A stretch of DNA of 64,000 nt from Selaginella moellendorffii (lineage: Eukaryota; Plantae; Lycopodiophyta), in NCBI RefSeq assembly GCF_000143415.4, contig NW_003314264.1, positions 1,807,710-1,871,709 of the forward strand, in the 5' to 3' direction. The notes beneath the pieces were generated by a model, which worked only from the letters and a program-made list of their open reading frames with translations, was not told the origin of the DNA and did no database searches. Shown piece by piece: positions 10,601-20,531 of this stretch; positions within the stretch are counted from its first letter, which is position 1, and every line of letters starts with the position of its first letter. The translations under genes and the position numbers were made by a program.

Positions 10601-12948
10601 AGTCTGCCGCAGTTGTACTCGACAATGCATTTGCCCTTGGAGTCGGAAGCAGGTGACCCACCCGCTATTGCGTTGAAGACCCAGCTGAGCATTTCCCATG
10701 CTGCACCTGGAGCTTTCTTTGGATTCGAAAGCTCCATAGCCGTCTTCAGTTCCTCAGGCACAGGTAAATTGACCTCCCTCAGATCAATTCGATTGGCCTT
10801 GTCGAACGAAGCTGGGAAGTCACTCCAGTCCCACTCTGCTGCAGGACCAATAACAAGGGCGAGTGTGAAGATGCGGACATTCGTCGGTATCTTCTTCTTA
10901 GCCATTATCCCATGGATCTCCCGCATCTCCTTGCCTTTCAACCGAGCCTTCACCTCGTTCAAGGCCTTCCAGAACTTGTGATAGGATTCGGAGTCGTAGA
11001 TCATATAGTGGACTGAAGATTCCACCTCCGCAAGTCCCACCATTAAGTCAATGATGGAGCTGACTTCGTCTGCATGAGTGATCTCCTCGTTTGTGAAGTC
11101 CATCACACAAAAGATGTTCTTGACTTGCTCTTCTCCGCGGGAAACGATGCTCCTCCACCTTTGATCCTCATCCGAATTCAAGTATACCCGGTAAGGTTCT
11201 CGATAGGCCTCTGCTGCGGGGTCGAGCTGTTTCTGAAGCCGGCGATCGACATCAATCTTAATGAAATTTGGATACTGATCCAACTTCTCAGCTTTACTTT
11301 TCGTGGCATCCCGCAGCAGATCGATGAACTTGGGGGCCCCCTTCACGTACTCGTCGATGTCTTCATTTGACAACTCCAGCGCTTCCATCATCTCTTGCGT
11401 GGTGTCGATTCTCACCCTCTCCACGGCCACTTGCTCGAAGATCCAATCCTTCAATAGCGCACGAGCTCTCAGAGTCGTGCACAAGTCCTCGTATGTCACA
11501 ATATGGCCGGGAGTCATTTTGGTCTTGTTGAAGACAACCTCACCACGTAGAAGAGCATTAGCCACTGTCAGAAGGTCGTCGTCGTCTAGAGACCGCGAGA
11601 AACGCAAGGCGTTGAGCTTCAAATCATTGGGCTTCCGGCCGTCCTCCACACCCATTGACTTTGGCAACTCCCCGTCATGGTACCTCCTCAGCACATCTAC
11701 CCATTTGTCAAAAACAACTTTTGTCGCGAGTAGAATGTTATGGATGCTGAGTGTGTCATTGACCCCCAGTGTTTTCGAGAGAAGACTCGAGAATTCCTGC
11801 AATGGAAATGGCGTGAGGCCACATGCTATGCCACATACAACGAGGCTTACCTGCCAGGCGCTAGTTGCTAGTGCACGTCCTTGTCCTGGTTTTTGTGGCT
11901 TCTTCAGTTGAACCCAGAGCTTCCGTGTTCGTGCCAATGTCTCGTGTAGACCCGATTTGTAGCACGTTTCTTGCTTGACATTCTGCGCGTGGGAGATGTA
12001 TATGATAGATCGGAGGGGCGAGTTGCCTTTTATCAGGCGGACAACTCTTGTCTTGAAGACTTTCTTCACCTCCTCGCCCACCATAATATCCACAACTATC
12101 TCTTGCATCGCCAAGCTAGAATGCTGCCCGGAGACGGCATAGAACCGGATGTTCTGATCGTCCAACACCTTCCTATTGATCAAGTCTGGAAACCTCATCT
12201 CGCCCTTCATTTTTTGGTAGTAGGGGATCACGTCTGCGATGTCGGGTGTTACTGGACTTGCCAGCATCTTCTGCTTCAATTTCTCCACCCACTCATCAGA
12301 TACTAGCCTGTGGTTGTATTTGCTTTGGATGTCGATACGGCTCACGTCGATTGTATATACTTTGTTGGAATAGTAACAAGTACTATTATCTGCGATGATT
12401 TTTGCTGCCTCTTCTTGCTCTTTCTGCTCTTTGCGGCTCTTCTTTTTGGTGGGTGTAGTGTTCGAACCCGAGGCAATGGCATCACTAAGTAGCTTCTTTT
12501 TTGGAGCAGGAGAGTCGGACGTCGGCTTGAGCTTGACCACCCTTTTCTGCTTCAAGGTAGTTTCCAGATCGACCCCCTTCCCCTTTGCTTCGCGAACTGG
12601 AGTCACTCTCAACGGCTCAATGTTGGAATATAGTTTTTGAACATCGCCGTAGGTGAGGTCCGTGGATTCCATGTGATCTTCATAGACCCGCAGCGTCTTT
12701 GAAATTGTGGGCCTCCTGGACAACCTCTCCCTAGCTCCCTCTAGGAATTCCTCATAGCCGCTGCCCCCCTCCGGGAAGCCGCTAGGATGTGCAAGGTGGA
12801 TCTTGAAGGCAGACGCTGTCTCTACCACAAGTGCCAGTCCATATTCTTGCATGGAACTGCATGGAGTGTCTGTCACTTGGATAAGGATCCCCATGCATTC
12901 TTTTCTCCCAGCATCTGTGTTGTACAGCCTCAGATCCTCGCCTTCCAT
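7649..12948 (-). CDS. Spliced cargo gene (~1615 aa): ParB/DGQHR-like + degenerate N4/N6 DNA-MTase fold + disordered linker + FCP1/NIF-like HAD phosphatase
   Basis: Exons 12948-11851, 11796-10473, 10422-10336, 10279-10208, 10158-10015, 9967-9416, 9358-9344, 9298-9191, 9143-8559, 8511-7649 sum to 4848 nt with no internal stop. Nine GT-AG introns of 45-57 nt. The start codon (first ATG, MEGED) is uncertain; the frame is open further upstream. Confidence 0.8.
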
Positions 12949-13491
12949 CCCGAAAGTCCAACTGGTGAGCTCCTCCCCCTTCTCTGCATCCACATTGACA
13001 GTGGCTGGAAGAAGAACGCAATTCCTCGCCTGTTCAGAAATGCACAACAATTAGAGCTGACAGATGAAAAGCTAGTAGCTGGAAATAACGTGAGGCCACA
13101 CGCCATTCACCACTGCATCAGATGTCTTGAGGCTGCATCCTAAGATGGCGTGAGGCTACACGCCATCTGTAACCGGACTGCACTCGAGAGCCCAATCGGT
13201 GCATGCCAATGTTGCTACTGAATGGCATGTGGCCTCATGCCATTTTCTACTTGGCCTAAAAGACTTACCATTTGAAGCCGAATGGAGGCGTGACAACCGG
13301 ACTCGCTGGCGAATGTGCACTGTGTGTGCAGCGGATCGTAGCAGCAAGGCTACTCTGCCACTTACAGTTGGAGAGTGGCGCTGAAATCTCCCGGGACGCC
13401 AAGTGGGCTGCGTGTGGGTGGCGGAGTGGGCGGCGGAGTTGGCGGCGAAGTTACAAACTGGGTGTGTCTTGAAGTGGACGCCGATGCACAC

Positions 13492-13682
13492 GAGCGCGAT
13501 GCGAGCGCGAGTGTGATGCAAGCGCGAGTGGACGCCGATGCACACGAGAAACCTGTAGAGAAGTGGGAGCGCAAGTGGGAGCGCGATGCGAGCGCGAGTG
13601 GGAGCGCGATGCGAGCGCGAGTGGGAGCGCGATGCGAGCGCGAGTGGGAGCGCGATGCGAGCGCGAGTGTGCGAGCGCGAGT
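13492..13682. repeat. CpG-rich 23-bp minisatellite (GAGCGCGATGCGAGCGCGAGTGG)
   Basis: About 4-5 tandem units at 13578-13682 plus a dispersed unit; largely collapsed in copy A (46400-46530). Confidence 0.85.
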
Positions 13683-14107
13683 ACGAAGCAAAATGCAAAA
13701 CCTAACCTCACACGCGCGAAATGTCACGACGGTTGGTAATCCCGTCACGTCATCATTTCTCGGACTTGGGCACTACCATTAATTTCTAGATCGGCACGCG
13801 CATGCGTGAAATCCAAAAGAAATCCGCAACGTCATCATTCCTCGGACTGCATGCACGCGAAATCCAAAAGAAAGATCATGATTGGGATATCATTTAATAC
13901 CCTCGCTATATTTATACCATGCATGATTGGATATTCCAAAGCATCTTGTATTTCCAAAAATGCCAGATGTTCAGCTAAATAAATTGTCAGAGGATGATGT
14001 TCAAGCATATGGGCTCATGCAATTTTGATCCCAAAAAATGCACCAAAAAATGCTCGGCGTCATCTGGCGTTATCTCTTGAATGGCGTGGGGCCGCATGCC
14101 ATTTTCA

Positions 14108-15965
14108 GGAGCACATAGGAGTATATTCCTAGAATATTCTGACACGCGCGAGATTGTTTTGAGTTTCCTGGAGATCCAACTGTTAGATCGCAACCATATT
14201 TTACAGAATGGTATACAATGTCCTTCTTGATGACCCTGCAAAGAAGCATCTCGATCGGACACCACATGAGACCACACGAGCCTTACAATGTTTCAGGGGC
14301 ATTTGCCATAGATCCGACCGTTATTTTGCTCCAAGATTCTACAGTTTGGTGTGCATTGACCTTTCCATCGACACTGCAAAGGGACATCACAATCAGATGC
14401 GGGATCACAAGAAACCAACTTCACTAACTCTGGTTTCACCAAGATCTACGTAAGGAGTTATGAAATGAAAGGACCCTCTCTATTGAAATGTGTTTATGGT
14501 CCTAGGGGCATTGTGACATATCCAAGGATTTTGCATCAAGTTCTGTATTTGCATGTTTATCAAGCTACTGAATTGCTAAACCCTAAACCCTAAACCCTAA
14601 ACATGTGGCAAATGCTGCGTGAAGAAAGATGCCCTTTCTGGGCAAATGCTGTAAGAGGCAGATGCCGAGCAAATGTATCTCAGGCTAGTGAAGGGGACAA
14701 ACGAAAGCTAGCAACCAAAGGAATGTAAGCAACCAAAGGAATGTAAGTAGGGCATGTGTTTGTAAGTTTAAAAATGCCTCAACCACTTAAATTTCCAAGT
14801 AAATAAAGCTGTTTCTATTTTTGGTACAGGTAAACTTTATAGCGTGTGGGCTCATGCAATTTTGAACCCAAAAATGCACCAAAAAATGCTCGACTAGCAT
14901 TATTCTTTGAATGGCGTGTGGCCTTATATTGCCATAAATGACACAGCATAATTATTCCTTTACACGGCGAATAATCTTGGAGCACATAAGAGTATATTCC
15001 TAGAATATTCTGACACGCGCGAGATTGTTTTGAGTTTGCTGGAGATCCAACCGTTAGATCGCAACCATATTTTACAGAATGGTATACAATGTCCTTCTTG
15101 ATGACCCTGCAAAGAAGCATCTCGATCGGACACCACATGAGACCACACGAGCCTTACAATGTTTCAGGGGCATTTGCCATAGATCCGACCGTTATTTTGC
15201 TCCAAGATTCTACAGTTTGGTGTGCATTGACCTTTCCATCGACACTGCAAAGGGACATCACAATCAGATGCGGGATCACAAGAAACCAACTTCACTAACT
15301 TTGGTTTCACCAAGATCTACGTAAGGAGTTATGAAATGAAAGGACCCTCTCTATTGAAATGTGTTTATGGTCCTAGGGGCATTGTGACATATTAAAGGAT
15401 TTTGCATCAAGTTCTGTATTTGCATGTTTATCAAGCTACTGAATTGCTAAACCCTAAACCCTAAACCCTAACCCTAAACATGTGGCAAATGCTGCGTGAA
15501 GAAAGATGCCCTTTCTGGGCAAATGCTGTAAGAGGCAGATTCCGAGCAGATGTATCTCAGGCCAGCGAAGGGGACAAACGAAAGCTAGCTATAAACATGA
15601 CGGGATGCAAATAGATTACTAGGCTGGTCCTGCGAAAATCAAAAACCATAATTGAAAACATTGAAAATGCAAAAAGAAAGGTTTATAATATTTTTGAATT
15701 TTAAGCAACCAAATGAATGTAAGTAGGGCATGTGTTTGTAAGTTTAAAAATGCCTCAACCACTTAAATTCCCAAGTAAATAAAGCTGTTTCTATTTTTGG
15801 TACAGGTAAACTTTATAGTGTGTGGGCTCATGCAATTTTGAACCCAAAAATGCACCAAAAAATGCTCGACTAGCATTATTCTTTGAATGGCGTGTGGCCT
15901 TATATTGCCATAAATGGACGTACACACACAGCATAATTATTCCTTTACATGGCGAATAATCTTGG
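14108..15965. repeat. ~0.9-kb tandem duplication in the intergenic region of copy B
   Basis: Units start at ~14109 and 14980 (offset 871; duplicated small ORFs at 14208 and 15079). Single copy in A (~44970-45950). Confidence 0.88.
14576..14602 (+). promoter_or_regulatory. Plant telomeric-repeat (telo-box) array (CCCTAAA)3-4
   Basis: ctaaaccctaaaccctaaaccctaaac; also at 15447-15479 and, as TTTAGGG, at 45456-45482. Confidence 0.85.
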
Positions 15966-16797
15966 CGCGGATCGCTGACGTGGCATAGCAAAGTTCGAAT
16001 CACTGACATGGCACAGCTGGATCGAGGCAAGGACATGATGTGACAAAGTTCAACCTCCGACAGCAAAGTCTAGAAGCTACTCAGTTTGAAATTTGTCAGA
16101 GGAATCATAAGATCTGGTTTGTCAGAGGATTTGATGTGACGTTCAAGCGTGTGTTATTTTTGAATTCTCGAACTCATTCCTAGGTCTATCATTTTTGTGC
16201 GCCGTGTTCTTGGTTCCGCTGAGCGTAGTGAGCGCTGCTTGTGTAAGCGGCGTTGTGAGCTGTGGTTTATGCGTCTACAAGCGGTTGTGGCATTGCGAGC
16301 GCCATTGCAAGCGGCAGTTTATGCGAGTGGCAGTTTGTGCGAGCGGCGCTACGAGCAGTTGCGGTGTTGCGAGCGGCGCTACGAGTAGTTGCGGTGTTGC
16401 GAGCGGCACTGTCTTTGGTGTGGCTACCGCTTCCTCTTGATATTCGGCACTTGTGCTTCCTGGTATGTTCACCATGGAATGGTTTAGGACCACATTTAGA
16501 AATGGCATGAGGCCACATGCCATCTTGGGCCCTTGCAATTTCATGGCTAGCGTATTGTCATGTATGTTTTTACTTGCCTGCAGCTGTGTGTGAGGCAATC
16601 TTCAAGAGGTTTGTCGAGACATGTAGCGAGCAGCAACCACATAAAACCTGCCTCTTGGAAGATGGAACACGAGACACCCAACGAGTTCTCCCTTCCATGT
16701 ATACCAAGGGGGCCATATTGGAAGATGTGAATCGGGAACTCTAGAGTAATGGCTACAGGAAGCTGAGCCAATCTAGATTTAGTAGATTGTGGAGCAA

Positions 16798-19700
16798 CAG
16801 GTTTACATTTTGAATGGTGGGAAGAGAGTTGCAAAAGGGACCCTTGTGTCTATGGATCGGAACTTTGTTATACATTGTCAAAGGCTTGGGGAAGGCAATG
16901 CTGCTGTATCAGTAGAGACTGTCTTCGATGGGAATGTGGTCGCTATTGAACGAGGAGAGATGGTCGTCGGGGTAAATGTTGTTGTTGCCTTGAAAAATCT
17001 TCAGAAGAAAGCAGATGTTGGGGACAGTGCAAGTGCGACGCATGTTCCCTCCGTGGATCTTAAGAACCGTGCTACATGGATTCAGGCAAAAGTGTTTCTA
17101 AACAACCCCGAGGGGGAGGTGGTAGCTGAGGGCTTAGCCACAGTTGTCGATCCAAGAGATGCGGTTGCTAATCAAGAATTGGGCTGGGATGATATTGGAG
17201 TTGCGATTTTAAAGGTTGTTGACACAGAAAAAAACAGTCTGACTANNNNNNNNNNNNNNNNNNNNNNNNNNNNNNNNNNNNNNNNNNNNNNNNNNNNNNN
17301 NNNNNNNNNNNNNNNNNNNNNNNNNNNNNNNNNNNNNNNNNNNNNNNNNNNNNNNNNNNNNNNNNNNNNNNNNNNNNNNNNNNNNNNNNNNNNNNNNNNN
17401 NNNNNNNNNNNNNNNNNNNNNNNNNNNNNNNNNNNNNNNNNNNNNNNNNNNNNNNNNNNNNNNNNNNNNNNNNNNNNNNNNNNNNNNNNNNNNNNNNNNN
17501 NNNNNNNNNNNNNNNNNNNNNNNNNNNNNNNNNNNNNNNNNNNNNNNNNNNNNNNNNNNNNNNNNNNNNNNNNNNNNNNNNNNNNNNNNNNNNNNNNNNN
17601 NNNNNNNNNNNNNNNNNNNNNNNNNNNNNNNNNNNNNNNNNNNNNNNNNNNNNNNNNNNNNNNNNNNNNNNNNNNNNNNNNNNNNNNNNNNNNNNNNNNN
17701 NNNNNNNNNNNNNNNNNNNNNNNNNNNNNNNNNNNNNNNNNNNNNNNNNNNNNNNNNNNNNNNNNNNNNNNNNNNNNNNNNNNNNNNNNNNNNNNNNNNN
17801 NNNNNNNNNNNNNNNNNNNNNNNNNNNNNNNNNNNNNNNNNNNNNNNNNNNNNNNNNNNNNNNNNNNNNNNNNNNNNNNNNNNNNNNNNNNNNNNNNNNN
17901 NNNNNNNNNNNNNNNNNNNNNNNNNNNNNNNNNNNNNNNNNNNNNNNNNNNNNNNNNNNNNNNNNNNNNNNNNNNNNNNNNNNNNNNNNNNNNNNNNNNN
18001 NNNNNNNNNNNNNNNNNNNNNNNNNNNNNNNNNNNNNNNNNNNNCAAAATGGCTTTGTCGAAGAATTCTTACAGCGCTCAAGAGCGAGAGACGTTGGTTA
18101 GAAGGCGGCTCGACCACAACATCGAGCAGAGAAGCTGCAGGACTGCATATTATCATAACAGGATTCTCTCCATGGAGAGACCTGACTCTTACCTCTGCAT
18201 CATCCACGACAAAATGGATCAGAAAAAGACGTGCTTACCTCGACTCAATCCTGCCCCCAAGGCAATCTCTTCATCCATGCAGCTGCCTGTGTCTCTATTT
18301 GGCATAATCGCTCATGGGCATGGTGCCCAGAACTATGGGAACTTCTTTGTACCTCTATGGGGTGGTGGGGGTGCAAACATGATGATTGCGTCCCTAGCAA
18401 AACACTTAAGGTCTCTGCAAAGTGCGCAGACTGAGCTGAACGGCCAACCCTTGCATAAGGCCCTTGTCGATCGAACCCCATACAGGGTTCAGCTGGAGGA
18501 GGAGCAAAGGCTTGCAGTATCGCGTGGGGCCCCATGCCATCCCAGTGAATATGTTGGCCGTCAGATTGTAGGGTTATCACGTGAGGCCTCATGCCATTCC
18601 GACGAGGCTGGTCGCCCGGTGAATGCACAGCCTCATCCAAACGAAGCAGAATCTCAAGGAAGTTCTTGCGGCCGATGTGGCCTTCCACCCCATCTTCTGC
18701 TCCAAACAGACAATGCTGGCAGTGAGAACAAAAACATGTACGTCTTCGCGTACTTGGCGATGCTTGTTGCCAAAGGCATATTTGAAACGGTTACACTTGG
18801 CTTTCTCATGGTTGGGCACACTCATGAAGACGTCGATGCCATGTTCAGTCACCTGGCAGAGTCCCTCCGGCGATCCAATGTCCTCACCCTCCCACAACTC
18901 TACGATGAATTCCAAAATTGCATCAAAGGCACTGTTGAAGCTGCACTTCTGACAGAGGTTCCAGACTTTAAGGGGTTTGTAAGAGGCTACATCAGGGACG
19001 AATCCGAAACGCTGATTGGCCACTCCAAGCCTCTTCAGTTTCATTTTAGCATGCGTGACGGTGCTCCAGTGATGAGGTACAAGATGAGAGAATAGGACAC
19101 AGTGTGGCTGCCAGTGGACGGCATTGAACTCTTCAAGAGAGATTCCATAACTGGGGAACCTATGATTCCTCAGGGTTCCCCACGGCCGATGCACCCGGAT
19201 GGACTCAAAGACCAGGAAAGTATAGTGGCCGGGATTAGACAGCATATTGCCTTCTGGAAGAGGGGGTTGGTGTTTGGTGGAGAATCCTATTTTAAGAGGT
19301 GCAAGCCTTTGCTCGAATACTGGGAGAAGATTATATCTGCTATCCAAAATGGGCCGGTTGTATATGAAGAATTGGAAGAGTCCTTTTGGCCAGAACCCAG
19401 AGCACCAGATAGTAGCGGAACAATGTCCTCTGGAAATGCAGTGACAGATAACGATGTTGAGGATCACTATTGTGGGCCGAGGAACAAGAAGCCGGATTCA
19501 GCATTCAATCCAGTACAAGTCTGCAAAGGAATGGTCGTGCTTGTCAGACCCAGTAATAAAAAACAAATGATATGGGTGGGGCGCTGCATCACTGATGCAG
19601 AGGAGGACGCGGAAACTAACTCCTTCAATGTAACTGTGGAGTGGTTCAAGCCAAGTTCCGGATATACGAAGGATTGCCTAGAAAAGAGATGGGTGCTGAA

Positions 19701-19915
19701 TCCAAGGGATCCCAGCATGAGCATATCGGTGGATAATGTTGTGCATGGTTGGATGCGGAAGCAGAGTGCCACCATCACCTTGCCAGACCATGCAAGAGAT
19801 GCAGCAAAAGCATTCATAACCCGGGTTCAAGGTGAGATTTAATATTCCTTTACTAAGTTTCTAATGTATTTTATTTCAAGGTGAACAATCCGAATCTGAA
19901 TCAGAGGAGGCGTGA
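16798..19915 (+). pseudogene. Sola1-like DDD transposase of copy B
   Basis: IIHDKMDQ, LLLQTDNAGSENKN, FLMVGHTHEDVDAMFS motifs. TGG>TAG stop at 19093-19095; start region replaced. Probable terminal intron 19832-19880 adds GEQSESESEEA*. Confidence 0.88.
17246..18044. other. Run of 799 N inside the transposase
   Basis: Length equals the corresponding interval in copy A (22311-21513). Confidence 0.95.
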
Positions 19916-20531
19916 TGGCATGTGGCCCTTTGCACTAGTATATCTTAATACTGGTCTGAGAAATAGAATGGCATGTGCCCTCAGGCCTTTTACTAAATCA
20001 CCTTTGAAAGAAATGCAAGCCTCTATGTCGTAAAAAAAAGGTACTAGAGAAATTCCTTAATAATATGAATGTTATTTAGTTTCATGAAAATACACTAAGG
20101 GTCAAATGAGTTAAATGACTTCTCCAGACTAGCAATGCCTCTTGCTACACCTTCACAATTAGATTCGTTAGAAAAAGATAACATTGAATAATATCTAAAT
20201 GTTCTCACCATTAAGTTATATGTCTGGCTAATAGGAATGACGTTCATCTTGGAAAGCTCACCACACGCTCAATGAACAAACAAATAGTGTGTGCGCGCAT
20301 GCCATCGCTCTTCTTTAGCTTCAGATTCGGCTTGTTCACCTTGACAATGAGATTTATTATACAACCAGATGGACTCAGTCTGGACACAAAGTCACCGCGC
20401 TAGTCACCATGCCCCAGATATGTCTAGCCCCTGAACAAAAAACATATAATTTCACGTCATTTTCAAATACTTGAAAATTTGTGCCTAGTCCCATTTTACT
20501 GAATAAATCCCACTTTAACGAAATAGAGCTT

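Larger units (their letters stand above)
7593..20305. repeat. Dispersed 22-bp palindrome ATGGCRTG-N6-CAYGCCAT (copy B set)
   Basis: Full or near-full copies start at 7593, 8670, 8745, 9977, 10168, 10309, 11808, 13085, 13145, 13222, 14081, 16502, 18519, 18576, 19968, 20284. Half-sites near 7315, 7640, 7842, 14911, 15887, 19915. Confidence 0.93.
7207..20531 (+). mobile_element. Sola1-like DNA transposon copy B, complete, inserted antisense into copy A's transposase
   Basis: Perfect 24-bp TIRs at 7207-7230 and 20508-20531. 4-bp TSD GAGT at 7203-7206 and 20532-20535. Empty site visible in copy C (ggcttggagtggccaatc, ~63250-63270). Confidence 0.96.

Noticed and set aside
13156-13782. ORFs upstream of the cargo gene as separate genes
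   Set aside because: Derived from a CpG-rich minisatellite, with frames changed between copies; probably 5' UTR, though an upstream coding exon is not excluded.
14576-14602. Interstitial telomere or chromosome fusion scar
   Set aside because: Only 3-4 units, at the same internal position in each transposon copy.
18826-18834. HTH(ED) read as an HUH motif (Helitron/Replitron)
   Set aside because: TIRs, 4-bp TSDs and three acidic motifs indicate a DDD cut-and-paste transposase.
18589-19467. 292-aa antisense ORF repeated at 62815-63693
   Set aside because: Shadow of the transposase frame in near-identical copies; no recognisable domain.
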